Below the pieces are notes generated by a model. That model was not told the origin of the DNA. It did no database searches and was given only the letters and a program-made list of their open reading frames with translations. Shown piece after piece: positions 19,965 to 30,152 of a stretch of 64,000 bases of DNA. Numbering within the stretch: position 1 is the first letter of the stretch; each line of letters opens with the position of its first letter. Made by a program: the position numbers and the translations under genes. Source of the stretch: Candidatus Bathyarchaeota archaeon (GTDB lineage: Archaea; Thermoproteota; Bathyarchaeia; Bathyarchaeales; Bathycorpusculaceae); NCBI GenBank assembly GCA_963775685.1, contig CAVZJV010000014.1, positions 1,344,001 to 1,408,000 on the forward strand. Reading direction: 5' to 3'.

Positions 19965-20339
19965 ATGGCTAAAAAAGTTTGCAAAAATTGCGGTCAAATA
20001 TTCAATGGCATTACTGGACAGCGTTTTTGTCATAAAACTAAAGATTGTTACCCACGGAGAAAAAAAACTTTTAACCATTGCTCAGAATGTGGACGGTCTT
20101 TAGGCTCTGGCAATTGGCGAAACTTACCAGATAAAGACCGAATTTGTTCATTTTGCGATGACCGACACAAAAAAGAACGTGAAAAATTAAGAGAACAGAA
20201 ACGGCAAATTATGACTAAATGCAAGGTTTGCGGTCAATATTGCTACTGTAAAAAGGGTCGAATTTGTTTAGCCTGCTTTAGAAAACAGCAAGACCCAAAA
20301 ATTAAGGAAATTAGAGAGGTGAGAACCGATGTCTATTGA
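19965..20339 (+). CDS. Cys-rich multi-zinc-finger protein
   Basis: CKNC, CSEC, CSFC, CKVC, CLAC; AGGTGA RBS. Confidence 0.75.
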   Translation: MAKKVCKNCGQIFNGITGQRFCHKTKDCYPRRKKTFNHCSECGRSLGSGNWRNLPDKDRICSFCDDRHKKEREKLREQKRQIMTKCKVCGQYCYCKKGRICLACFRKQQDPKIKEIREVRTDVY

Positions 20340-20454
20340 AGAAAAAGAAAAATGTGTTTGCGGTTGCTCAGAGACGGAATTAAAATTAACTGAATTTTCT
20401 CAAATGGAAGTTTGCATTAATTGCGGAATGGTTCGAAGGAAATTTCAGTTTTGA
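20329..20454 (+). CDS. 41-aa zinc-ribbon microprotein (not in the ORF track)
   Basis: GAGGTGA RBS; MSIEEKEKCVCGCSETELKLTEFSQMEVCINCGMVRRKFQF*. Confidence 0.65.
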   Translation: MSIEEKEKCVCGCSETELKLTEFSQMEVCINCGMVRRKFQF

Positions 20455-20465
20455 GAGTGGTAAAT

Positions 20466-20615
20466 ATGGAAAACGACTTAAACAACCTTGAAAGGAAAAA
20501 GAAAAAGCAAAAAACGTTTGAAGAGTGGGAAAACTCACATAATTTTAAGACGGTTGACCCTAAAGAGGTGAAAAGAGCAATTGCTCAAGAATACGATTGC
20601 CGAGAGGGGTCTTAG
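20466..20615 (+). CDS. 49-aa hypothetical protein
   Basis: ATG at 20466, next gene in the tightly packed operon. Confidence 0.5.
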   Translation: MENDLNNLERKKKKQKTFEEWENSHNFKTVDPKEVKRAIAQEYDCREGS

Positions 20616-21207
20616 TGGCTAAGAAACTTAGCAAGAAAAACCGTGTAGTGCATATGCTTCAAATAATAAATTTTTTAGAATCCACTCAAAAAAATTCCCG
20701 ATTTGAAACCCCAAACAGATAAATTAATTCTCTTCTCTTCTAAAACGGCAGGGGTCTATTAACTCACTAATAGTCTTAGTTAATCCCTATTACGTTGTTA
20801 AGTTACTATGTAAAACCACGGACTATCAACTATTCGAATTTGGCTTATTTTCAAATGGTGGGGGGGATATATGCCTTTTTGGCGAAAATAATCCTAATTT
20901 GAGGCTGGTTACTGTGGGGTTTTCTTCGAATTCTAAGAGTTATTGCGGCTCAAGACTGTTTTCCATACCTTAACCATACAAAAAGGTGAGATAATGATTA
21001 TTATCTATGCTCTTTTGTAGAGATAATTAATTTAGAATCCATCAAATGAGACCGTTAATAGAGACATACACGGCTCTTTTTACGGTAGTAATTAACAATC
21101 TATGGTTAATAGTGACGGTTTAGGGGTTCTTAGTGCTTTAATTTGGTGAAAAGTGAGGTTTTAACTGCTTAACTTGGTGAATCTGGGAATAAATAATAAG
21201 TCGGATT

Positions 21208-21427
21208 CTAAGAAGGAGTCTGTTTTGTTTCAGTTATTTTCATTTTTTGAATGATTATTGCGAGAGTAATTAAGACTGCCCCGAAAACCAAAAAAGCCAC
21301 ATTCAAATCCGATGCTAAATTCCAGCGGTGAGGGTAAAAGATGAAATTAAAAAATTGAAAATGCAAATGCAATACTCCCAATGACTGATAGAAGACCAAC
21401 ACTCATTTTTTTCGTTTCTTTATCCAT
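21208..21427 (-). pseudogene. Small two-TM protein split by a frameshift in a T-run
   Basis: MDKETKKMSVGLLSVIGSIAFAFSIF joins FNFIFYPHRW...AFLVFGAVLITLAIII across ATTTTTTAAT. Confidence 0.5.
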
Positions 21428-21554
21428 TTTTGCCTTAGCCTCAATCGATGATTATTTTTACTTTCTGTGTATTTGTTTTGACCTTGCTTAAAAGATTTTA
21501 GAATCCACCACTAATAAAAATAAGAAAACTTGGAAGAAAAGAAGAGAAGGGATT

Positions 21555-22742
21555 TTAACCTTCGATTTTGACTTTTTCTGGTTTTTGTCTCTCATATTCA
21601 ACGATTGCATCAAAAATCATTTTCTTTATAGTGTTTGGGTCAGTACCAGAATTTCGTATAAATTCTTCATATTTCGCCATTCTTTCTTTCAGGGCTTTAG
21701 TTTCTGCTTTTGTCTCTACGCTTTCAGCTTTCAATTTCTCAACGGTTTCAGGTAGCAACCAAGGCAAAGCGTGTTTAAAGACTTGCAGTAATTCCTCTTC
21801 AAAGTGTGCGCTATAGTGCTTGTCAACACCTCTGATTTTGTGCGCTAAAATTGGGCTTATGACGTTGCTGTTAGCCCCAGAACTTTCTAAAGCCGATTGA
21901 GTGAAGTCTCTTATATCGTGTGGACTGAATCGCTTCTTTTCAAGGTCGTGCCAAATCGTTAAACTTGCATCGGTGAATGTTGAATCCATTGATGATGGCT
22001 TCATTGATTGAATTTTTCCTTGATTTGAATATTTTATGAAAATGGGGTCGGTGGGTTTCAGTTCATAGCCTTTGTTTTTCGCTTCAATTTTGTATTCTTC
22101 AAGTTTGCTTGCGGCTAACGAATGCAAAAACGTGATTTGTTTTAATCCTTGATAGCGTCCTTTTCCTTTGCCTTTTAGCCGTTCTGCTTCGATTATTATT
22201 TTGTAGGGAACATCTTTATTTTCCGTTTCTTGCAAGTCTTGCCATTTTAACAAGAAGAGTGTTCCAACACGTACACCAGAAGAAGCTAAGAACCAAATTA
22301 ACGCCCTATCACGTTGACAAGTGAAAACAGATTCGAGTTTCTCTAAATCTTTGCAAATTGGTGTTCGCTGTTTTGGTGTAGGTTTTCCTATGTTCTTTGC
22401 GGTTTGGTTGTTTAGCTGTCTTTTGTTGTTTTTGTAGAAACTAAGGACGGATGCCTTAATTTGTTCCTTTATTGAATCAGTTAATTTAGCTTCACAAAGA
22501 TAGTTTTCTAAAAGGTCTTCTGCCTGAAATTCTTTAGGTGTGTTAATGTTTTGAAGACCTTCAATTTTTACCGCTATTAAATCATCTGGAGTCTTTTCGG
22601 TTGCTTTGCAGTATTTGTTTAGGCTTGCTATGTAAACCCTTTTAGTGTCTGGGCTGTTGATGTTTTGCAACCATTTTTTCCCACTTATGAAACTCGATAG
22701 CCATAGCTCTAAACTGTCAGTCATCTTAGACAAAAAGTTCAC
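21555..22742 (-). CDS. Tyrosine recombinase/integrase
   Basis: Catalytic residues SSGVRVGTL (R), KGKG (K), SPHDIRD (HxxR), LAHKIRGVDKHY (H, Y); coiled-coil C-terminus. Confidence 0.93.
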   Translation of the reverse strand: MNFLSKMTDSLELWLSSFISGKKWLQNINSPDTKRVYIASLNKYCKATEKTPDDLIAVKIEGLQNINTPKEFQAEDLLENYLCEAKLTDSIKEQIKASVLSFYKNNKRQLNNQTAKNIGKPTPKQRTPICKDLEKLESVFTCQRDRALIWFLASSGVRVGTLFLLKWQDLQETENKDVPYKIIIEAERLKGKGKGRYQGLKQITFLHSLAASKLEEYKIEAKNKGYELKPTDPIFIKYSNQGKIQSMKPSSMDSTFTDASLTIWHDLEKKRFSPHDIRDFTQSALESSGANSNVISPILAHKIRGVDKHYSAHFEEELLQVFKHALPWLLPETVEKLKAESVETKAETKALKERMAKYEEFIRNSGTDPNTIKKMIFDAIVEYERQKPEKVKIEG

Positions 22743-22947
22743 CTCTTAAAGGCTTAAGGCTTATGAATTCTGGGTCACTAAATAGCGAGTTATCCGTGCC
22801 TGTAGGAACGGTTAAAATTACTTATCTTCGAGTTTTACAGTTTTTTTCTTCGAAAGTTGAATTTTGAGTTAGGATGTTTAGAAATTCAATTTTATATTAC
22901 AGAAAGGTTTACTAATTTTAGTTTACCAACTAAAAGAAAAAGGTAAC

Positions 22948-24417
22948 TTGATGAGACAATCACAAACGCAAAGCAAACCAACTTCCATTTCGTCAAGGCA
23001 CAGCAGTTTAGTTTTAGCGATAGTAATGCTTGGAACTATGATGGGTGCACTCGACAGCACCATCGTTTTGTTGGCTTTTCCAGTCATAAACGATAGCCTA
23101 CACTCTGACCTTGCCACCACAATTTGGATAATTTTGGCTTATTTGCTTGTTATCGCCGTTGCAACCACACAGATGGGGCGGATTGGCGATATCTATGGTA
23201 GAAGCAAAATATTCAATTTAGGATTCGTCGTCTTCACAGTAGGTTCAGCTCTGTGCGGTTTCTCCCCAAACATATACGCCTTAATCGCTTTCCGAGGGGT
23301 TCAAGCTGTAGGTGGAGCCATCATGCAGGCAACCAGCGGTGCCATAATCGCGGATTATTTCCCACGAGAAAAACGGGGCAGAGCATACGGTTACAACTCG
23401 CTGGGCTACACAAGCGGAGCGATGCTAGGTATTGTTTTAGGCGGAGTCTTAACCACTTTTGTAAATTGGCAGTTAATTTTCTTCATAAACATTCCCATAG
23501 GCGTCATCGCAATTATTGCCGGCGTAAAATACCTAAAGGATGCCGAACGGATACCCGCCAAACTGGACTTAGTTGGCATGGGTTTGCTGGCAACAGCGTT
23601 GGTTTTGCTGTCTTTGGGATTGGTGAATTTCGCCGCACAAGGATTAAGCACTATGAGCGTCGCATTGGCAGTTATGGGCGCAGTGCTAATTCCTGTTTTC
23701 GTACTATTTGACCGTCGGCTTACAAGCCCAATGATCGACTTTGAAGCTTTCAAAAATAAAGTGCTTCGAAATGCCATCTTATCAGCTTTCTTCCTTAGCG
23801 TAGGCTACTTCTCGGTGGTTTTCTTAGTGATAATGTATTTGCAGGGAATAAGGGGACTCTCACCGTTAGATGCCTCGTTGCTTTTGGTGCCTGGATACAT
23901 CGCGGGCAGTTTTCTGGGTCCAGTGATGGGCAAACTATCTGACAAGTATGGTTCAAGAGAAATCGCCACATTAGGCATATTCTTCCTGTCGCTTGCAATC
24001 CTGATTTACTTGACCATGACCCCTACCTCATCGCTGTACATTGCTCTTATAGCTTCAGCAGTATCGGGACTGGGAACATCGATGTTTTTCCCAGCCAACA
24101 ACAGCGCAGTCATGGCAAATGCCAGGTCAGGCGCATTTGGAAGCATCTCAGGTCTACTTAGGACCGTGCAGAACATTGGGCTAGTTGGAAGTTATGTTTT
24201 AGCAATTTCGGTTGCAGCTGCTTCGATTCCGCGCCAATTGGCTTTTGAAGTGTTTATCGGAACAAGCGTCTTCTCTAGCATTATCAGCCAAGCTTTCATA
24301 ATCGGCATCGATAACGCCTTCTACGTTTCTATAGGTATACTTACTGTTGCGGGAGTTTTGTCGTTTGTTAGAGGCAAAGAGGTAAGGGAAGGAAACCCAA
24401 GCAACCCTAAAGCCTAA
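22948..24417 (+). CDS. MFS drug:H+ antiporter (DHA2, EmrB/QacA type)
   Basis: LDSTIV, GRIGDIYGR motif A, FFINIPIG, about 14 TM helices. Confidence 0.92.
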   Translation: MMRQSQTQSKPTSISSRHSSLVLAIVMLGTMMGALDSTIVLLAFPVINDSLHSDLATTIWIILAYLLVIAVATTQMGRIGDIYGRSKIFNLGFVVFTVGSALCGFSPNIYALIAFRGVQAVGGAIMQATSGAIIADYFPREKRGRAYGYNSLGYTSGAMLGIVLGGVLTTFVNWQLIFFINIPIGVIAIIAGVKYLKDAERIPAKLDLVGMGLLATALVLLSLGLVNFAAQGLSTMSVALAVMGAVLIPVFVLFDRRLTSPMIDFEAFKNKVLRNAILSAFFLSVGYFSVVFLVIMYLQGIRGLSPLDASLLLVPGYIAGSFLGPVMGKLSDKYGSREIATLGIFFLSLAILIYLTMTPTSSLYIALIASAVSGLGTSMFFPANNSAVMANARSGAFGSISGLLRTVQNIGLVGSYVLAISVAAASIPRQLAFEVFIGTSVFSSIISQAFIIGIDNAFYVSIGILTVAGVLSFVRGKEVREGNPSNPKA

Positions 24418-24466
24418 TACCCCCAACCACCAAGGGTCTATACGATTAAGCTGTCGGTGGCATCGC

Positions 24467-25417
24467 TTGGGCAAACACAGATTTGGAGTTTTCCTTCCGT
24501 TCTACGCTTTCAAAGCTAAAGCTCCAAACAACCAGTACTACGACCAACTCAAGACTATCGTTTTAGAAAGCGAAAAATTAGGCTATGACGCCGTTTGGCT
24601 CGATGATCATCTAATGTACAATAACTGGCCAATTCTGGAACCTTGGACTACCCTAGCAGCACTGTCTTCGTTAACCAGCAGTATACGCTTGGGAACCATG
24701 GTTTCCTGCAACCAGCACAGAAACCCAGCCTTGCTCGCCAAAACCGCCGCAACTCTCGACGTCATCTCTAACGGTAGGTTAGAATTTGGCATTGGTGCAG
24801 GTTGTCAAGAAGCTGAACATTTAGCGTATGGATATAGCTTTCCGAAAGCAAGTGTTCGAATTGAAAGTGTTGGCGAAGCCTTGGAAGTGATGATTCGACT
24901 ATGGACACAAGAGAAATCAACCTACCAAGGAAAACACTACATGCTAAATGACGCCATTTGTGAACCCAAACCCCTACAAAAGCCGTATCCACCCATAACT
25001 GTTGGAGGAAGCGGCGAAAAACTGCTTAAAGTTACGGCGAAATACGCTGACAGGTTTGATTTGGGTTCTTTACCCAATATTGAGGAGTATAGGCGTAAAC
25101 TTGAGGTTTTACAAGAACAGTGCAAAACTGTTGGTAGAGATTTTGGCCAAATTGAGCGGTCGAGTTGGCCTGGAGGCCAAGTTTTAATTGCTAATGACCG
25201 AGAAGAACTAAGAGAAATGATTTCCCGCCGCAAACCTGCAAATCTGCCGATGGAGGAATTTAGAAAAGGTAATTTGTTTGGCACTCCCGACGAATGCCTT
25301 GAACAGTTGCTTGGTTACGTAGATTTGGGTGTAACTTATTTTATGTTGTGCTTCGCTGACCTTCCAAGCATAGATGGATTAAGCTTGTTCGCCAAAGAAG
25401 TTGCGAAAAAATTGTAG
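24467..25417 (+). CDS. LLM-class (luciferase-like) flavin/F420-dependent oxidoreductase
   Basis: WLDDHL, IRLGTMV, SNGRLEFGIGAG, PPITVGGSG. Confidence 0.9.
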   Translation: MGKHRFGVFLPFYAFKAKAPNNQYYDQLKTIVLESEKLGYDAVWLDDHLMYNNWPILEPWTTLAALSSLTSSIRLGTMVSCNQHRNPALLAKTAATLDVISNGRLEFGIGAGCQEAEHLAYGYSFPKASVRIESVGEALEVMIRLWTQEKSTYQGKHYMLNDAICEPKPLQKPYPPITVGGSGEKLLKVTAKYADRFDLGSLPNIEEYRRKLEVLQEQCKTVGRDFGQIERSSWPGGQVLIANDREELREMISRRKPANLPMEEFRKGNLFGTPDECLEQLLGYVDLGVTYFMLCFADLPSIDGLSLFAKEVAKKL

Positions 25418-25418
25418 A

Positions 25419-25769
25419 TTACAGGTCTCCTTGGGCAATATGTGATAACTCATGAAGAATGATTTGGTCTAAGCTATGATAATGGTTTTCTCTAATTAAA
25501 ATGATGAAATCAGCATCGTCGTTTTGTTCACCGTTAAACACGCAGGCATCAGTGTCTTTAGTAGAAAGAAGTCTGCCCCACTCCTCGATTTCCCGAAAGT
25601 CATCTTCGATGCAGTGGCGGAGCTCTAGGACACGGTTAAAATTGGCGTCGTTTAACCTGAGCGCTTTAACGTTTGGCATTGGCTTGGTGCTCAGTGTTTT
25701 CCATGCGGCAACTAATCGCCTTTTGGGTATGTACTCGGTTTTCATTTGGATTCCTTCTACTATAATCAT
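25419..25769 (-). CDS. Small HExxH-motif protein (metallopeptidase-like)
   Basis: IILHELSHI near the C-terminus. Confidence 0.6.
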   Translation of the reverse strand: MIIVEGIQMKTEYIPKRRLVAAWKTLSTKPMPNVKALRLNDANFNRVLELRHCIEDDFREIEEWGRLLSTKDTDACVFNGEQNDDADFIILIRENHYHSLDQIILHELSHIAQGDL

Positions 25770-25964
25770 ACAAATCCCCGTTTATTCTATTTTTTCGCTA
25801 AGATGCTTGTCGCTTTGGGTAAGTCGCTACAGAATGCAAGGGGTTTAGTTCTAAAAGTGTTTGCAGTAGTCACCAAACAACCACACCTAAAGGGTAATTC
25901 TAAATAAGAATAGGTCATATTGACTATTGTAAAGTTAAAAATGGATTAAAAACAAAAAGTGCGT

Positions 25965-27486
25965 TTAGTTGTTTTTGTGGTTGTAGTCTGTTGTCAGCAC
26001 GTTCATGCCGCTAAGCACCGCTTCCATGCTGGCTTTAACGATGTCTTCCCGCACACCCATCGCCATCACTGTTCGGTTGCCCTTACGCATTCTCACAACA
26101 ACTTCAACCATGGCGTCTGTTCCGCCAGTGATGGCTTTAACGTTGTACTGTTCGAGGGTTATGGGTTCGGTTTCTGCGATGGCGTCTTTGACGGCGTTTA
26201 TGGTTGCATCTACGGGTCCTACTCCGACGGCAGTGCCCCAAACGACTTTGCCGTTAAGTTTTAGTCGAACTGAAGCAGTCGAAGTTACTTTGTCTCCGCC
26301 GACATACGTCATTTCTTCGAGTTGGATTGGTTTGTCTCCGCCCAAACCCATTACAGCTTCCGCGATAGCAAGCACGTCAGCATCCATAACAGTTTTGCCC
26401 TTGTCGCCAAGTTCCTTTATGCGCTGGAAAATCTCCTTGAATTGTGCCTCAGTGGGTTTTAGTCCCATATTGGTTAAATCTGCGTGTATGGCGTTAGAAC
26501 CTGAATGTTTCCCAGCAGCAATGCGTCTTTGGCATCCGACCAGTTCAGGCGCAATCGGCTCATAAGTCAACGGGTTAGAGAGGACGCCTTGGGTGTGTAT
26601 GCCTGATTCGTGGGTGAAAGCGTTTTCGCCAACTATGGCTTTGTTTGGCTGCACATGAATACCTGTTAGCCGCGAAACTATCTGGGAGGTGCCGTAGAGC
26701 AACTCGGTTTTGATGTTCAAATCTAGCTTGTAGAGTGAGCGCAACGTGATTACAATTTCTTCGAGCGCCGCGTTACCTGCACGTTCGCCCAAGCCATTAA
26801 TGGTTGAATGGCACTCTTCTGCGCCTGACCCTAACGCGGCAACCGTGTTGGCGACCGCCATTCCGAAGTCGTTGTGACAATGCACTGCAACGGGAACTTT
26901 TATGAATTTTTTGAGATTAGAGAAGAACTCTGCTGCGCGCTCAGGTGTTAATATCCCAACGGTGTCGCATGGAACAACCCTGTCCACGCCAGCGTCAACC
27001 GCTGTCAGGAACACTTTGGTTAAGTATTCAAAATCGGAGCGGGTCGCGTCCTCAGCTAAAAGCTCCACAGCCAAACCGTGGTCTTTGGCATACAAGACAA
27101 GGTCATGGGTTGTCCTCAGGATTTGCTCGCGGGTCTTGCGCAGTTTAACCTCGATGTGCAAATCAGAAGTTGGAATAATCATCGCAACGCCCGACGCCCC
27201 ACTTTTTAGGACAGCGTCAACGTCGTTTTTGGTGCCCCGTGCCGCGCAGAAAATCTGCGCGCGAAGTCCCTGCTTAGCGATTAGGGCAACGGATTCCATT
27301 TCGCCCTCAGAAACCGCCGCAAACCCAGCTTCGATGAAATCGACGCCAAGCTCATCTAGCCGCTGGGCTATGCGCAGTTTGTTTTCAGGTACAAGAGATA
27401 CTCCGGGTGTTTGTTCACCATCACGCAGGGTGGTGTCTAAAAACTTTACAGACTTAGGGAAGCGGTTGAATAAAGCAATACCCCAT
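25965..27486 (-). CDS. Citramalate synthase / 2-isopropylmalate synthase family (CimA-like); start codon out of frame
   Basis: [12 protein letters not shown] upstream of the track start, [26 protein letters not shown]-terminal regulatory GVGPVDA domain. Confidence 0.85.
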
Positions 27487-28064
27487 TTAAATCACATTCA
27501 TTTTCAAGGGGTCAAGCAGACATATAAGAATTATGGTTATAAGCTCCACTGCTGGCTCCCGCCGGCAGCTGGCTTAAAGTCTCAATTTGGGAGATCTACT
27601 TTCTTTCACGGTTCATCGCTACCCAAAATTGCGTTGCTTACCAACCTATTTGGGGTCTATTAGGAGCCTTAGGTGCGGTTATATGCTGCGGTTTTTTCGG
27701 GCGGATATTTTCCGAATGGCCATGCTATTGCCTGATTGTATTTTGCTGTTCATTGCTGATCAATGCACATGAATTCTAAACAAACGCTACATGCTTTCTC
27801 ATTCACATCCAGCGCTATCCTGCATAGAGCTATGTTGCGCTTGTGGAGAGAATCTCGGGTGCCTCATCCAGACGAGAACGCAGAAACAGCCAGAACTCCA
27901 GAAGCAACTTGATCCTCAAACAGACTTGTGCCAAAATTAAAACCGCTACAATCACACAAAGAGAAAAAAAGATTTGCTTCCGATGAATCGACTTTTGCCG
28001 CAAAAAATTTAACAGCAACCCCATCCAAATAATTACCAACTATTCATTTGTCGAGGTACTTGAT

Positions 28065-29693
28065 TTGAAAAGCGACGCAATTAAGAAAGGAACTGAGAAA
28101 GCGCCTCACCGCGCCCTCCTAAAATCGCTGGGTTTAGAAGATGATGATATTGCAAAGCCGCTGGTCGGGATAGCGAACAGTTACACAAACATCGTTCCAG
28201 GACACATTCACCTCCGCACCATTGGAGAAGCCGTGAAAGAAGGCGTACTCGCGGCGAGCGGCATACCTTTCGAATTCAGCACCATCGCCGTTTGTGACGG
28301 CATCGCCATGGGACACGAAGGTATGCGTTACTCTTTGCCCTCGCGGGAAATCATCGCTGATTCGGTGGAGATTATGCTTCAAGCCCACAGCCTCGATGGA
28401 TTGGTCATGATTTCGAATTGTGACAAAATCACGCCGGGCATGCTTATGGCTGCAGCAAGAGTGGACATACCAGCCATAATGGTTACAGGTGGACCCATGG
28501 CGGCAGGACGATACCGAGGCAAAAAAATAAGTTACTCCACAATGCCTGAAGCACTTGGGCAAGTCGCAGCGGGAAAAATGAGTGAAGGCGAGTTATGCGA
28601 GTTGGAGGAGAACGCTTGTCCGGGGTGCGGCAGTTGCAGCGGCATGTTTACCGCCAATACCATGGCATGTTTAACTGAAGCGTTAGGGATGTCGCTGCCT
28701 TACTGCGGAACCTCGCTTGCGAATAGCGCATTCAAGCTGCGGTTAGCCAGACGAACAGGCAAACAAATCGTCAAACTAATCCACGATGACCTTAAGCCCT
28801 CACAGATTCTCACCAAGGAAGCCTTCGAAAACGCTATCGCAGTCGACATGGCATTGGGTGGCTCAACCAACACAACGTTGCATCTGCCGGCAATTGCTAA
28901 AGAAGCAGGCTTAACTGTGCCACTGTCAACCTTTGACGAAATCGGCAGAAGAGTTCCCCACTTATGCAGTATGATACCAAGCGGAACTTATGCGCTTGAA
29001 GACTTGGATGCAGCAGGCGGAGTCCCAGCAGTAATGAACGAACTTAAAAGCTTACTCCACCTAAACCTGCCAACCGTCTCTGGCAAAACTGTCGGCGACA
29101 ACATCAAGAACGCCGTTGTCCTCGACCGAGAAGTCATCCACAGCTTATCCAACCCCGTTCACAAAGAAGGCGGCATAGCCATCTTAACAGGCAACCTAGC
29201 ACCTAAAGGCTCAGTCATAAAAACCGCAGGCGTCTCACCCAAAATGCAAAAACACACAGGACCAGCTAAAGTTTACGATTCAGAAAAAGAAGCTCTCACA
29301 GCCATTCGCGGCAACCAAATCAAAGAAGGCGACGTGGTTGTCATTCGCTATGAAGGACCAAGAGGTGGACCTGGAATGCCTGAAATGCTATTTCCAACCG
29401 CGACTATCGCAGGCATGGGTCTGAGCGAAAGTGTCGCTCTAATCACTGATGGACGCTTCTCAGGTGCCACACGTGGAGGAAGCATCGGACACGTAGCACC
29501 AGAAGCCTTCGACGGCGGAACAATCGCAGTTCTCAAAAACTGCGACACCATAACCATCGACATCCCCAACCGCACCCTAAAAGTCGAATTATCCGACGAA
29601 GAACTCAAAGAGCGTTTAGCTGCTTGGAAGCCAAGAGAAACCAAAATCAAAAAGGGCATACTCTCCCGCTATAAACCAACACCAACCGAATAA
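28065..29693 (+). CDS. ilvD: Dihydroxy-acid dehydratase
   Basis: [36 protein letters not shown]. Confidence 0.96.
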   Translation: MKSDAIKKGTEKAPHRALLKSLGLEDDDIAKPLVGIANSYTNIVPGHIHLRTIGEAVKEGVLAASGIPFEFSTIAVCDGIAMGHEGMRYSLPSREIIADSVEIMLQAHSLDGLVMISNCDKITPGMLMAAARVDIPAIMVTGGPMAAGRYRGKKISYSTMPEALGQVAAGKMSEGELCELEENACPGCGSCSGMFTANTMACLTEALGMSLPYCGTSLANSAFKLRLARRTGKQIVKLIHDDLKPSQILTKEAFENAIAVDMALGGSTNTTLHLPAIAKEAGLTVPLSTFDEIGRRVPHLCSMIPSGTYALEDLDAAGGVPAVMNELKSLLHLNLPTVSGKTVGDNIKNAVVLDREVIHSLSNPVHKEGGIAILTGNLAPKGSVIKTAGVSPKMQKHTGPAKVYDSEKEALTAIRGNQIKEGDVVVIRYEGPRGGPGMPEMLFPTATIAGMGLSESVALITDGRFSGATRGGSIGHVAPEAFDGGTIAVLKNCDTITIDIPNRTLKVELSDEELKERLAAWKPRETKIKKGILSRYKPTPTE

Positions 29694-29734
29694 AAATTAA
29701 ACCGTAAAGGGCAAAGGTAGCGGTGGTTGCTGAT

Positions 29735-29997
29735 TTACCTGTATCCGCCATACATCATATCTTTTCCACCAATCCCCATTCTGTAAGGATTAGCACCTTG
29801 ATGTGGATATTGAGAGAACTCATGACCATTGTTAGGAACATGTCTCCATAGTTGCCACCGAACGCTTGTGTAGGGGTTTGGCTATGAGAGCTGGATTGGT
29901 CTTGGGTGTTAAAGTATTGGGCGTAGGTTACTCCGATTGCCGTCATCATCATCAATGATATTGCCAGAGCAATGAGGATTATTTTTGTTTTGGTCAT
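29735..29997 (-). pseudogene. Small secreted Gly/Met/Tyr-rich protein, probable frameshift near 29845
   Basis: GAGGTGA RBS, signal peptide; the alternative frame ends PYRMGIGGKDMMYGGYR*. Confidence 0.5.
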
Positions 29998-30152
29998 TTG
30001 TTTTTCACCTCAACAGACTATTGGCTGAGGTATGGTTTGAGAGTTGGCTGATACATCTTTGAAGCGGTTTGTGTTGGGGTTTTTGATGGAAAAAGTGGTT
30101 TGTGAAGAAAAATCCTTAAATCTCCGGTAAATGAGTCTTTTTTAGATATAAC

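Larger units (their letters stand above)
13470..22800. mobile_element. Integrated virus/plasmid/satellite-like element of ~9.3 kb (boundaries approximate)
   Basis: Visibly more AT-rich than the flanks; tyrosine integrase at one end, ATPase at the other, many short orphan ORFs, long non-coding stretches with repeats; host-type genes on both sides. Confidence 0.8.

Noticed and set aside
27679-27753. Minus-strand 24-codon ORF MNSKIQSGNSMAIRKISARKNRSI (4 Ile, shares SGN with the aro leader) as a leader for the cimA-like gene
   Set aside because: The Ile codons are scattered, the ORF ends about 190 nt from the gene, and a TATA-like CTTATATG sits only about 35 nt upstream of the gene start, implying a separate short-UTR promoter. 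Worth rechecking only if conserved.
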